A stretch of DNA of 64,000 bases, taken from UHGV virus genome UHGV-1430452; one strand, given 5' to 3'. Each line of letters starts with the position of its first letter. The stretch's first letter is position 1. A program made the translations under genes and the position numbers. Shown one piece after another: positions 27,536-36,622 of this stretch. The stretch is from a virus. Below the pieces are notes generated by a model. It was given only the letters and a program-made list of their open reading frames with translations. It was not told the DNA's origin and searched no databases.

Positions 27536-27585
27536 AGTTTTTCTCCTTTCTTACAAGACGGTTTTTAATCCCTTTGTTTTAAATT

Positions 27586-27740
27586 TGCTGTTACCGCCTT
27601 AGGTCAAGATGCTTCATTCTTCTTAATTGCCAACATTAAAAATTGCTGTTAGCATCTTAAAAAAGAAAAGAGAGTAGCTGTTACAAGATACTATAATTCG
27701 CTCATCCAATTGTTTTAATTAGTTGCTGTTAGTATCTTTA
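27586..27740. repeat. four copies of TTGCTGTTA(C/G)NATCTT-like repeat in the 5' leader of the vWA gene
   Basis: copies near 27586, 27641, 27673, 27721. Confidence 0.6.
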
Positions 27741-27759
27741 TTTAACTACTACTCTCTCT

Positions 27760-27784
27760 CATAATAGGTGTTGTAAATTTCGCG
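27760..27784 (-). promoter_or_regulatory. conserved promoter-like motif copy, ~225 nt upstream of vWA gene start
   Basis: cataataggtgttgtaaatttcgcg. Confidence 0.55.
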
Positions 27785-27787
27785 TCT

Positions 27788-27967
27788 CTAGACAAGTACA
27801 TACAACTGTCTTCCGTTCACAACACCACAAGCCTCAAGTTTTCCATAAGCCTTCAAAGTGTCTAAACCGTACTTACCAACCAGACTCACAATATAATCCT
27901 CGTAAATTGAATCCAGTCCTTCGCAGTCTTTCTTTATGATCTCGTAAACAGATTCTTCGTATGTCAT
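27788..27967 (-). CDS. small hypothetical protein (59 aa)
   Basis: missed by track; ATG with SD-like AAAGGGG. Confidence 0.45.
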   Translation of the reverse strand: MTYEESVYEIIKKDCEGLDSIYEDYIVSLVGKYGLDTLKAYGKLEACGVVNGRQLYVLV

Positions 27968-27986
27968 TTTAAGCAGCCCCTTTTAG

Positions 27987-28226
27987 TTAATAATCGCCAA
28001 GACCTCTAAATGAAGACGGGGAATACAAAACACTTCCGTCATCTGGGTTATTCCACCAATGTCCTCCGCCCGAAGTCGTGTAATCATCAGTTCCTATCAT
28101 TCCGTATTTATTTTTAATAACATAATTTCCGCTTTTATCCGGCTTCCCCTTTATAAAATCATTGAATAACGTTTTCCACATTTTATCGTTTCTATAATAT
28201 TTTTTCTTTAAGTCATCAATACTCAT
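27987..28226 (-). CDS. hypothetical protein (79 aa)
   Basis: co-directional ORF. Confidence 0.6.
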   Translation of the reverse strand: MSIDDLKKKYYRNDKMWKTLFNDFIKGKPDKSGNYVIKNKYGMIGTDDYTTSGGGHWWNNPDDGSVLYSPSSFRGLGDY

Positions 28227-28227
28227 T

Positions 28228-28419
28228 TCATTCTCCTTTCAACTTCTTTCCACACATAGGACAGTAATTGATTCTACTAATTAAACCGTTACTTCCAGAT
28301 CCATGAATATCATAGCCGTAAGCATTCAATCTATTAGGATAGTGAATGGCAATACCCTGATCATTTGTTTTACCAGTTACTAAAGGTTTTCCTCCTTCGC
28401 AGTATTCACACATATTCAT
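28228..28419 (-). CDS. zinc-ribbon protein (63 aa)
   Basis: CEYC...CPMC. Confidence 0.6.
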   Translation of the reverse strand: MNMCEYCEGGKPLVTGKTNDQGIAIHYPNRLNAYGYDIHGSGSNGLISRINYCPMCGKKLKGE

Positions 28420-28434
28420 TCTCCTTTCTTTTAG

Positions 28435-28746
28435 TTAAAATAAATAGACCAGAGCCACAATATAATGTAGCACCTGGTCGGTAACGTAATTTATTTTGTT
28501 GTATCGGGCTTTCAATGGATCAATAATCATATGAGCTACAAATATCAATCCAAGCTGCCACGTTAACCCGAATGCTATATAGAACGGTAAAACATATAAT
28601 CCACAATGAACAAATAGATGATACCAGTTTGATCCTTTTGATTTGGCGATAAAGTCAGATTGTAAAACGTAGTCGCCTACTAAGTGACAAAATATAATTA
28701 GTAATATTGTTTCAAACATATCATTCTCCTTTCTTATTAAACACAC
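28435..28746 (-). CDS. membrane protein (103 aa)
   Basis: three hydrophobic segments. Confidence 0.65.
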   Translation of the reverse strand: MCLIRKENDMFETILLIIFCHLVGDYVLQSDFIAKSKGSNWYHLFVHCGLYVLPFYIAFGLTWQLGLIFVAHMIIDPLKARYNKINYVTDQVLHYIVALVYLF

Positions 28747-28981
28747 TCAACATCTCATTCTCCTCATCGCAGAATTTGATACATGGTGGTTCTACTCGCT
28801 TAACACCATCCTCAAATTCAACTAGTCCATATACTCCACTTTGCCCAGACGAATTAGTATAATGCTCCCAGGTATGAAAATATCCATAACTTCCTCTAAC
28901 TGTACAGAGTCGTCGTTCTTGTTTAACTACCATTTCCCAAGCCATGTTATTCTCCTTTCTTATTACATTTGCTACTCTCAC
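28721..28981 (-). CDS. hypothetical protein (86 aa)
   Basis: co-directional ORF. Confidence 0.6.
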   Translation of the reverse strand: MRVANVIRKENNMAWEMVVKQERRLCTVRGSYGYFHTWEHYTNSSGQSGVYGLVEFEDGVKRVEPPCIKFCDEENEMLSVFNKKGE

Positions 28982-29372
28982 AATCGAAATAATTTACAAA
29001 GTTATCTTCCTTGCACTCCTCACACGGATAAATATAAGGATCATGGTTTCGAAAACTTGCTCTATGATATACAGGCCTGCCATAACATTCGCAGCGATGA
29101 TCTTTCTTATAAGAGTTTGCTCCATAAGCTTGCTGCTCTTCTTCTGTAAAGTTCAAATATCCACAATCATTACAGTCTGGCACACGGATATTCATACACT
29201 TTGTTAAGAATTCTGGTGGATTCGACTGCTTTATTTTTTCAGTTATATCCCGCAATTCAGACCAAAGATTATCAATAGCATCTTTCTTCCCGTCTCGATA
29301 ACCTTTATCGTATCCTTCCATAGCAGAAGTAGCGATAAGTTCGTTATACTCTTTGTCCGACAAAACGATCAT
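28947..29372 (-). CDS. Cys-rich protein (141 aa)
   Basis: co-directional ORF; multiple Cys pairs. Confidence 0.65.
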   Translation of the reverse strand: MIVLSDKEYNELIATSAMEGYDKGYRDGKKDAIDNLWSELRDITEKIKQSNPPEFLTKCMNIRVPDCNDCGYLNFTEEEQQAYGANSYKKDHRCECYGRPVYHRASFRNHDPYIYPCEECKEDNFVNYFDCESSKCNKKGE

Positions 29373-29386
29373 TGCTACTCTCCTTT

Positions 29387-29731
29387 CTATAATACTTCCG
29401 TAAGAATCCTGAAATCTTTAAATGTGTTGTTTTCCATAGTTACCTCAACTGGTTTATTCAGAAGTTCTGATACATAATTTACTTTTGCATCTTTTAATAT
29501 CCGGTCAACTTCTTCAATAGATTTTGTGACTGTCGCCTCTCGGTTTAAATCTTTCCATTTGCATTCTGGACTAATATTGACGGTATATTTTCCGCCATCC
29601 ATAACACTACTTCCGCCCATACGAAAGCCGAGCTGCAAACCGATTAGAAACGGATAATCTCTAATAGTTCCAAACTCGGCAAAAGTAATTTTCCCTAATT
29701 CTTTAGTTGTCATTTTGTTCTCCTTTCTCAA
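29387..29731 (-). CDS. hypothetical protein (114 aa)
   Basis: co-directional ORF. Confidence 0.65.
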   Translation of the reverse strand: MRKENKMTTKELGKITFAEFGTIRDYPFLIGLQLGFRMGGSSVMDGGKYTVNISPECKWKDLNREATVTKSIEEVDRILKDAKVNYVSELLNKPVEVTMENNTFKDFRILTEVL

Positions 29732-30312
29732 AAATTGTCAAGGAAATGTTTATCATATCTCCATTTATAAGGTCCGTGTTTCATCTGGTATTTCTTCTTA
29801 TCTTCCTTACTCCAAAACACTGGTCTCATCTCGATTCCAGCATCTCGCAGCTTCTCCCAAATATCACGGTATTCGCCTCTAATTATAGCGGATCTATGAG
29901 AAGGTGCTGGCCTAGTAAAATCAATCGGTTCTTCATTTACAGAAAGAAGCTGATGAAGCATCTCGGCGGTAGTCTTTCCTGTTCTACGACCAGCATAAGC
30001 ACAACCACTAAGAATATAATCCTTCTGCCAACCGAACAGTCGGAAACCTAGAGCCTTTTCTACAGCATCGAAATTTACAGTGCAACAGTACTCTTTAGGT
30101 GCATGATATATCCATTCCGGTGGTTCTTCCTCAATCTTAATACTCATAAAATCCTTCTTACTCGCCTCTTTAAGTCCGTCCGCAATATATGGAAATTCAT
30201 GAGTAAATAAAGGTCTTCCCATGATCTCTTCAGCATAAGCCTGGAAATCACTAAACTCTCCAATCAAATATCCCGTGTAAGCACTTATAATAGCAGCCTC
30301 TCTTTTAGTCAT
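29728..30312 (-). CDS. hypothetical protein (194 aa)
   Basis: co-directional ORF. Confidence 0.7.
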   Translation of the reverse strand: MTKREAAIISAYTGYLIGEFSDFQAYAEEIMGRPLFTHEFPYIADGLKEASKKDFMSIKIEEEPPEWIYHAPKEYCCTVNFDAVEKALGFRLFGWQKDYILSGCAYAGRRTGKTTAEMLHQLLSVNEEPIDFTRPAPSHRSAIIRGEYRDIWEKLRDAGIEMRPVFWSKEDKKKYQMKHGPYKWRYDKHFLDNF

Positions 30313-30688
30313 ACTGTTCTCCTTTCTCAGAAACTATCTCAATACTACAGGAAGCAGGGGTCGCGTCCTTATAAATAGAAGAAGCACAGAATACAATACC
30401 GAATATTAGATCCTCGTCTGCGCCAGTTAACCTTCCTATCGTGACACCGTTCTCATCTTTGATAGGTTTGTTTTCTACTTGTTCCGTCGTTAAGTGGTCG
30501 GTATTATTCATAGCGACATTAACAAACTCTTCAGTACACCAAATATCATCGACAATCATTTTATTCTCCTTTCTAGCTGCATCTAGAAATATCTCATACC
30601 TATAGCAATCCTCACATTCACCCGGATATGGCGAATGCTCATCACATTTCTCTTCATTAAAATATCCACAATCAGGGTATATTTTCAT
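30305..30688 (-). CDS. hypothetical protein (127 aa)
   Basis: co-directional ORF. Confidence 0.65.
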   Translation of the reverse strand: MKIYPDCGYFNEEKCDEHSPYPGECEDCYRYEIFLDAARKENKMIVDDIWCTEEFVNVAMNNTDHLTTEQVENKPIKDENGVTIGRLTGADEDLIFGIVFCASSIYKDATPASCSIEIVSEKGEQYD

Positions 30689-30916
30689 TCACTTTCTCCT
30701 TTCATAACTCTCCTTTACATGATCAATCCTCTTACCATTACCATCCAGAATCATCGGACCTTTTCTACCCATTACGATAGTAGATCCTTCCGGTAAATCG
30801 GCAAATATCTCAAGCATTTTCTTTTGATACACAGTAAGTTTTATGCCGGATACTTTTTCGACGAAATCGACAATATTTAATTCCGGCAATTGTTCAATTA
30901 AAGCTTTTTCTTCCAT
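30689..30916 (-). CDS. hypothetical protein (75 aa)
   Basis: co-directional ORF. Confidence 0.6.
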   Translation of the reverse strand: MEEKALIEQLPELNIVDFVEKVSGIKLTVYQKKMLEIFADLPEGSTIVMGRKGPMILDGNGKRIDHVKESYERRK

Positions 30917-30940
30917 TAAATATCACTTGTTTCTCCTTTT

Positions 30941-31276
30941 CTACTTATCAAAATTCCTAACTTCATTAATACTAAAACCGGCAATATCACAGGCTCCAGT
31001 ATCAGTTGGCGTATACCTTGCACCTTCGATTGACGGATACATGAATTCGATCATTGCAAAGTTAGCCACATCAGCTAGGAACTCTGTATTTCCGGTTTCT
31101 TTGTACTTTTGAATGCGCTTCTCAATATTTCCTAACGCATCCATACACTTGAACTTATCGTAGTTTTCTTTCATAGGTCCGTACTTATAATAAGACATAA
31201 CCATCATATCTTTACGAATCTTATCAAACCTTTCAGAATATTCAGTCTTTAAAATATCTTCTATCGCTTTACTCAT
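30941..31276 (-). CDS. hypothetical protein (111 aa)
   Basis: co-directional ORF. Confidence 0.65.
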   Translation of the reverse strand: MSKAIEDILKTEYSERFDKIRKDMMVMSYYKYGPMKENYDKFKCMDALGNIEKRIQKYKETGNTEFLADVANFAMIEFMYPSIEGARYTPTDTGACDIAGFSINEVRNFDK

Positions 31277-31567
31277 TTAATCCTCCTCGCTATAATCCTC
31301 AATTTTAATTCCTAATAAGATTTTCCACATTTTCTTTTGTAACCAGTTAAAGTGTTGGTTCACTTTAATAATAGTAGCAAAACAATTTTTACCTATAGTC
31401 AGTTTCGAACCATTTTTGATTTTAGGAATATAAATAGTCCCGATTCCTTGTTCTAAAGTTGGTTCTTCTTTCTCGTCTTTAATAGGTCGATTCGCAAAAT
31501 AAACCAATAAGACTATACCGACTATAGCGAAACCAAATAAACCCAAAGCTATTAAAATATCAATCAT
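31277..31567 (-). CDS. membrane protein (96 aa)
   Basis: N-terminal TM IDILIALGLFGFAIVGIVLLV. Confidence 0.65.
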   Translation of the reverse strand: MIDILIALGLFGFAIVGIVLLVYFANRPIKDEKEEPTLEQGIGTIYIPKIKNGSKLTIGKNCFATIIKVNQHFNWLQKKMWKILLGIKIEDYSEED

Positions 31568-31806
31568 TTATTACCTCCAAACGGTGTTCTCACAGTAACA
31601 TCTTCTCTGAACTCTTTACATCGAACAGAGGCCTCAAAAATATCACTAATAGTTTCTCCAAGTTTTTCGATTCCTCTTTTTGCATCCAAGAAATCCTGCT
31701 GATAATCCATTTTGCATACGCTTTTATGAATACATTTTTCACAACTTGTTTCTCCTTTAAATATCATAGTTTTCTCCTTTCTAATAAACACCCATCTTCC
31801 TAGCAA
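31564..31806 (-). CDS. hypothetical protein (80 aa)
   Basis: co-directional ORF. Confidence 0.6.
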   Translation of the reverse strand: MLGRWVFIRKEKTMIFKGETSCEKCIHKSVCKMDYQQDFLDAKRGIEKLGETISDIFEASVRCKEFREDVTVRTPFGGNK

Positions 31807-32122
31807 ACTCTAGTATTTCCTCCATAGTTAACCACTCAGGTTTATCATTCTCGTCGAAAGAATTCCAAATATCTTTCATGTTCTGGATATGCTGCTTTTC
31901 ATCTTTAGCCCAGAGAACGTTAGCACTTCCTCCAATCCTCAAGTAATACTCACAATCCTGTCTCATTCTGTCTAACATCATATATCTGAAACGCTTTTCT
32001 GATTTCAAAATATCTTTCATGGTTAACAGCCCCTTCATTTTTTGTAATAAATCTTTCTTTACCGGAAGAGCAGGTTTTTCTTTAGTTAAATAAAAATAAG
32101 TTACCATAGACATTCCTTTCAT
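31781..32122 (-). CDS. hypothetical protein (113 aa)
   Basis: co-directional ORF. Confidence 0.65.
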   Translation of the reverse strand: MKGMSMVTYFYLTKEKPALPVKKDLLQKMKGLLTMKDILKSEKRFRYMMLDRMRQDCEYYLRIGGSANVLWAKDEKQHIQNMKDIWNSFDENDKPEWLTMEEILEFARKMGVY

Positions 32123-32124
32123 TT

Positions 32125-32337
32125 CTAATCCGTATATTCATGAACTGTATTTAGAACTTTACTAGCACCAGAACAACCGCCTATTTCGATAGATAACGTG
32201 GCTAAATGTTCTGTTAAATACGTCGCAGCTTCAATATCGTTAACGTATTTGTTACATATGATCTGACAGGCTGCGATTCGTTTAAGCAATTCGTCCTGTT
32301 TATTTTTAGTTAATAGTTTCATAACCTCTCCTTTCAT
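32125..32337 (-). CDS. hypothetical protein (70 aa)
   Basis: co-directional ORF. Confidence 0.6.
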   Translation of the reverse strand: MKGEVMKLLTKNKQDELLKRIAACQIICNKYVNDIEAATYLTEHLATLSIEIGGCSGASKVLNTVHEYTD

Positions 32338-32705
32338 TTGTATTCAAATAGCACTTGCGTATCTGGACTGCATTCTTTTCGTTCTTCTTTTTCGCAATAT
32401 GGGCAACCAAACTTGTCGTAGTTTAGATGCTTACAAAATTCACAAGTTCTTAAAAACGGAACTGGAAAATTACCAAAATCCCAGAAAGATATCTCCCCGC
32501 ACTTAGAACATTTATACTTAATGATTCCGTCATTATCCTCTATAAATTGTCCATTTTTAATAAGTTCGTTGATGCACTTAGGACAATATATGAAGGTATG
32601 TTGTTTGTTCTTATTTCCATGTTTGATAATGAAGTCTAACATTATAGACCACACCATAATGATTATCACTGCTATTAAAATATCAATCATACTTACTCCT
32701 TTCAT
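32334..32705 (-). CDS. membrane-anchored zinc-ribbon protein (123 aa)
   Basis: N-terminal TM; CPKC...CSKC...CEFC...CPYC. Confidence 0.65.
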   Translation of the reverse strand: MKGVSMIDILIAVIIIMVWSIMLDFIIKHGNKNKQHTFIYCPKCINELIKNGQFIEDNDGIIKYKCSKCGEISFWDFGNFPVPFLRTCEFCKHLNYDKFGCPYCEKEERKECSPDTQVLFEYK

Positions 32706-33205
32706 CTATGCTGATCGCAGCACCCATTATCGTAATCGAATTCTTCTCGATCTAATGCGCAGTAATAGCCAGATATGTTATCGCAAGTCTCTTCATCATA
32801 ATAGTCTTCAAAATCACAATGAACACACTCCCCGCAGCAATGTTTTTCTCTAATATCTTCAACATTCGCATACTCATCATCTCCGGTTAAACGTAATAAT
32901 TCTTTAATCTCATCGTCTGTTAAATCGAGTTCACCAGAGTTAAGTCTACTTCTCAAATATTCTGAAAATACAACATCCGAATTACTTGTATAATCAGAAA
33001 TGATATCACCTAACTTGTCATAAGCATCCGGTCCTTCTCCATATTCCTCAGCACATTTCTTACTATTCGGAATATAGTACATACACTGATCTCCGGAAAC
33101 ATCACAATAGTATCTTCCTTCATCCGGATCAAATTTTGCAGCTTTACAAGACATAGTTTTCTCCTTTCTACAATTAACAAAATTCAAGTCCATACCAAGT
33201 ATCAT
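32702..33205 (-). CDS. acidic Cys-rich protein (167 aa)
   Basis: co-directional ORF. Confidence 0.65.
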   Translation of the reverse strand: MILGMDLNFVNCRKEKTMSCKAAKFDPDEGRYYCDVSGDQCMYYIPNSKKCAEEYGEGPDAYDKLGDIISDYTSNSDVVFSEYLRSRLNSGELDLTDDEIKELLRLTGDDEYANVEDIREKHCCGECVHCDFEDYYDEETCDNISGYYCALDREEFDYDNGCCDQHR

Positions 33206-33458
33206 TGATTTTAGTTACTTTTAATTTGTCTTCATAATACTCGTTTTTATAATTATCAATCAGCTTCTTTTTAGCTTTTGATAAATTTGTAAACCATTCC
33301 TTATCATACATATCGTAATCCCATTCCCAACTGTCTGGTTCAGTCGCTGTACCGAAGCTATCAATAATAAAGCTATCCTTGCCTAAGAACCCGACAGTAT
33401 CGACTAAGATACCATCGTCGTAAATACAATATACTTTTCTACCAAGCTTTGGTTTCAT
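33174..33458 (-). CDS. hypothetical protein (94 aa)
   Basis: co-directional ORF. Confidence 0.6.
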   Translation of the reverse strand: MKPKLGRKVYCIYDDGILVDTVGFLGKDSFIIDSFGTATEPDSWEWDYDMYDKEWFTNLSKAKKKLIDNYKNEYYEDKLKVTKINDTWYGLEFC

Positions 33459-33471
33459 AGTTTCCCCTTTC

Positions 33472-33615
33472 CTATTTATTGCTCTTTAATTCGTTAGATA
33501 ACGATAACACGATAAGTCCAGCAAATATCAACCAAGCATCCGGTGAAATATTTGAAGTCTGTGCGTTAGTTCCAAAGACAAAACATAAAATTAATAGTAT
33601 TAATATAGTAATCAT
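33472..33615 (-). CDS. small membrane peptide (47 aa)
   Basis: missed by track; strongly hydrophobic. Confidence 0.4.
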   Translation of the reverse strand: MITILILLILCFVFGTNAQTSNISPDAWLIFAGLIVLSLSNELKSNK

Positions 33616-33638
33616 ATATTTATTCGAATCCTTTCCGT

Positions 33639-33687
33639 AAAAATAAAACAAAAGAGTCTCAACTAAATATCAATCTAGTTAAGACTC
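33639..33687 (-). terminator. rho-independent terminator
   Basis: stem GAGTCT/AGACTC extended by AACTA/TAGTT, then U-rich tract. Confidence 0.65.
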
Positions 33688-33701
33688 CTTTGTGTGATAA
33701 A

Positions 33702-33917
33702 TCATCTTTTTTTAGTAATCGGAATATTCAAATTCATACCACTCTCTTTCAAATCCTTACGGACATTATCGAATTCCTCTTTCCACTTATCAGTCCAGTC
33801 TCCGGCCTTTGTCTTTTCAGGTCTTGTGAACCTGATTTTAGACAGATCGCATCCCTTTTCTTTAAGTCCGTTTGCTACTTCGATAATTTCCTTAATAATT
33901 TTTCCATCAGTATTCAT
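33702..33917 (-). CDS. hypothetical protein (71 aa)
   Basis: SD AAAGGAGGA; motif upstream. Confidence 0.65.
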   Translation of the reverse strand: MNTDGKIIKEIIEVANGLKEKGCDLSKIRFTRPEKTKAGDWTDKWKEEFDNVRKDLKESGMNLNIPITKKR

Positions 33918-33952
33918 TTCAATTCCTCCTTTAATAAAAAAATGTTTTATTT

Positions 33953-33977
33953 CATTAAAGTAGATGTTTTTTACGCG
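33953..33977 (-). promoter_or_regulatory. conserved promoter-like motif copy
   Basis: cattaaagtagatgttttttacgcg. Confidence 0.5.
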
Positions 33978-34235
33978 TTATTTCCTAATAAACTGTCCAC
34001 ATGATCCGCAATAATGATCATACTCAGCTGTAGGTATTGGTGCCTCGCATGTCGGACATAATTTAAGAGATCCCTGGTCTGGATCGTCCGCCACTCGATA
34101 TTTTAATTCACTAACTACTTCTGTAAAAAGATCGGCGTTAGGTCCACCGTTTTTAATTTCCAAATCTCTAAGTTCTCTCATTCTATTTACAATATTGATT
34201 ACTCTCTGATTTCTTTCTTCTAAATATTTTTTCAT
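33978..34235 (-). CDS. zinc-ribbon protein (85 aa)
   Basis: CPTC...CGSC. Confidence 0.6.
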   Translation of the reverse strand: MKKYLEERNQRVINIVNRMRELRDLEIKNGGPNADLFTEVVSELKYRVADDPDQGSLKLCPTCEAPIPTAEYDHYCGSCGQFIRK

Positions 34236-34236
34236 C

Positions 34237-34851
34237 TTATTTCTCCTTTCTTACTACCCTAGCTCTCTCAAAAATATAATTGTTAATATTATCAGGACCG
34301 TTACCATAGCGTTGTACATATGGCACTCCTAAAACATTTCTACCATTTACAAATCTATGTTCTCCGATCCCGATAACTTCGTGTTTCTCATATCGTCCAC
34401 TACTATTCATAATGAACACAATATCACCGACTTTAATCTCATTTACTGGAGTTTCTACAGCATCTAGGAATTCTCCGAGCTGTTCTTTTAATGGTTGACG
34501 AATATCAATCTCTTTAAGGAATTCGTCTAGATCATAACCTTCATGATAGTCTTCACCACCAACATGTCTAACAATATCCCAGTCTTTTACGACATAAATA
34601 CCATTATCCAACCAGTAATCCTCGACTTCACTTTCCCTTACATCAGTCTCAATTCCGATAGATAAGTTTCCACCAAAGAAATTACCTACGACCTGACAGA
34701 ATCTAGCCATACCGTAGGAATCATCAAATCCTCTATGCTCTTTTAACTCACAGTATTTAAGAAATGCAGTAACGCTATCAATACCTCCATTCCAATGCAA
34801 ATATACTCCGATGTCTTTTCCTTCTGGTTTTACGATAGCTCTGTTACCCAT
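34237..34851 (-). CDS. hypothetical protein (204 aa)
   Basis: co-directional ORF. Confidence 0.7.
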   Translation of the reverse strand: MGNRAIVKPEGKDIGVYLHWNGGIDSVTAFLKYCELKEHRGFDDSYGMARFCQVVGNFFGGNLSIGIETDVRESEVEDYWLDNGIYVVKDWDIVRHVGGEDYHEGYDLDEFLKEIDIRQPLKEQLGEFLDAVETPVNEIKVGDIVFIMNSSGRYEKHEVIGIGEHRFVNGRNVLGVPYVQRYGNGPDNINNYIFERARVVRKEK

Positions 34852-34874
34852 GTTAAGTCAGCTCCTAAGTTGAT

Positions 34875-35075
34875 TTATTTTAAAATGCCTTTATGTCTAC
34901 ATAACTCTAGCAACATTTCATTCTCTTCTTGTAAAGCCTCTAATTTATCGGCAGCATTCTTACAGTAAATATGAATCGCATTAGACATTTTATCCGTTTC
35001 ATCCAACGGAACTTTCGTTAATGGAAACATATTTACAAGCCAACGTAGAGACTTAGCTTCTGGTACTTCTTTCAT
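34875..35075 (-). CDS. hypothetical protein (66 aa)
   Basis: co-directional ORF. Confidence 0.55.
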   Translation of the reverse strand: MKEVPEAKSLRWLVNMFPLTKVPLDETDKMSNAIHIYCKNAADKLEALQEENEMLLELCRHKGILK

Positions 35076-35106
35076 TCGTTTCTCCTTTCAAATATCAGCT
35101 CCTAAT

Positions 35107-35256
35107 TTAGTCTATCTTTACTATTTGTTCTATGCCGCCATCCCTAAGCTCACGATTTACAACTTGTGCTCCGTAAATTTCAAAATAGTCTGATTCTACA
35201 ATTTGCAAATCCTTTGGCAATTGTTCTAAAATATCGATAAGTTCACCTACTGTCAT
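35107..35256 (-). CDS. small hypothetical protein (49 aa)
   Basis: missed by track; SD AAAGGAGAAACT. Confidence 0.45.
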   Translation of the reverse strand: MTVGELIDILEQLPKDLQIVESDYFEIYGAQVVNRELRDGGIEQIVKID

Positions 35257-35281
35257 TTAGTTTCTCCTTTCAAATATCAAC

Positions 35282-35632
35282 TCACAAATCCTCATAGCTA
35301 TGAGCAATCAATGCGTAAATACTTTTATCTAAAACAAACGCATTATCGCCATCATTTCCGAAACCGATTACTCTATGATTCTTCAAGTTGTCACCGTGGA
35401 ATTTCGCATCAATACAACTTTCATCTTTGCTAGTCTGCATAACACAAAAAGTGACATAATTATCGTTAGGAAGTTTTATAGATATAGTGTTCATCCAGTC
35501 TTTAGATTTATGGTCCAAATGAGACATATCAACTGTATAGTGATTACATTTGTTGAATGTCGGATAACCTAATTTCTCAGCTTCCTCGATTGAACATTTA
35601 GTAAATATCAATTCTTTTTGTGTTGCTTCCAT
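35282..35632 (-). CDS. hypothetical protein (116 aa)
   Basis: co-directional ORF. Confidence 0.65.
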   Translation of the reverse strand: MEATQKELIFTKCSIEEAEKLGYPTFNKCNHYTVDMSHLDHKSKDWMNTISIKLPNDNYVTFCVMQTSKDESCIDAKFHGDNLKNHRVIGFGNDGDNAFVLDKSIYALIAHSYEDL

Positions 35633-35721
35633 TGTTGGTCAGCTCCCTAAGTTAGTTTTAATGCTTAACATTAAATATAAAAAGAAGAAGCCCCAGCTAA
35701 ATATAGCCAGAGCTTCATACT

Positions 35722-35976
35722 TTACTTGCAATGAAATCCCATTACTACTTTTTCTTCAGATTCATTTTCCTTATTTTCTTCCGGTTCAACTTTGATTTTC
35801 GCTTTCTCGCATACCTCCTGTGCGATTTCGTTACCTTCTTTAGCAGCAAACTTCAATGTACCAAGGCCGATACCTGTAATAACTGCCTGAGCCATTTCCG
35901 CTGCAAACTTACCCATAGCAACTCCAAATGACACTGCAAATGCTGCTTTGCGTAAATCTTTAAATTGTCCATTCAT
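35722..35976 (-). CDS. small glycine-zipper membrane protein (84 aa)
   Basis: AFAVSFGVAMGKFAAEMAQAVITGIGLG; motif upstream. Confidence 0.65.
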   Translation of the reverse strand: MNGQFKDLRKAAFAVSFGVAMGKFAAEMAQAVITGIGLGTLKFAAKEGNEIAQEVCEKAKIKVEPEENKENESEEKVVMGFHCK

Positions 35977-36012
35977 TTTAAGTTCCTCCTTTAAGAAATA
36001 TAGACTTCATTC

Positions 36013-36037
36013 CATTAAAGGCGATGTTTATGTCGCG
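36013..36037 (-). promoter_or_regulatory. conserved promoter-like motif copy
   Basis: cattaaaggcgatgtttatgtcgcg. Confidence 0.55.
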
Positions 36038-36039
36038 TA

Positions 36040-36369
36040 TTATCTATTTTTCTTACCGTAAGCGGAATAATCCCTACGCTTTGGAGTTACTGGTGCTTCT
36101 GGTTTTTCCGGACTTTCTTCCACCACCTCAACAGCATCGACGGGAGTGTCTGGCTTCTCTTCTTTTTTGACTTCTCCGTATGCGCTGCTAGTCTCGACTT
36201 TCTTACCGTTAACTCTTTTCTTCCATTCACAATCAAACTCTTCATCGATGCCAGACTTGTAAGAAAACGTGCAAATATACTCCTGTCCTGTTTTTGAATC
36301 TGTGTAAATATCACCGATAGCTCCTTCTGTTCTTCTTGTTGGTGCTCCTACTCCTGTTAATTTAGCCAT
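36040..36369 (-). CDS. hypothetical protein (109 aa)
   Basis: co-directional ORF. Confidence 0.65.
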   Translation of the reverse strand: MAKLTGVGAPTRRTEGAIGDIYTDSKTGQEYICTFSYKSGIDEEFDCEWKKRVNGKKVETSSAYGEVKKEEKPDTPVDAVEVVEESPEKPEAPVTPKRRDYSAYGKKNR

Positions 36370-36388
36370 TGATATTATCCTCCATAAT

Positions 36389-36607
36389 TTAAACTTTTTC
36401 TATTTTGCATTCATCACTGAGTAACCAGTTAAGACTTACTCCAGATAAACAAGGGTGTGGTGCAAAACCAGGTAATTTGATTAATGAACCCTGCTTACTA
36501 TCGAAATAATAAATATCGTTACTCTTCTGATTTGTAAATCTGAAGTATTCAGACGGCCCAATACCGAGCCGCCTTCTGATTAAAAATATAATTAATCTAT
36601 TTAACAT
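36389..36607 (-). CDS. hypothetical protein (72 aa)
   Basis: co-directional ORF. Confidence 0.55.
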   Translation of the reverse strand: MLNRLIIFLIRRRLGIGPSEYFRFTNQKSNDIYYFDSKQGSLIKLPGFAPHPCLSGVSLNWLLSDECKIEKV

Positions 36608-36622
36608 ATCGCTCCTTTCTGA

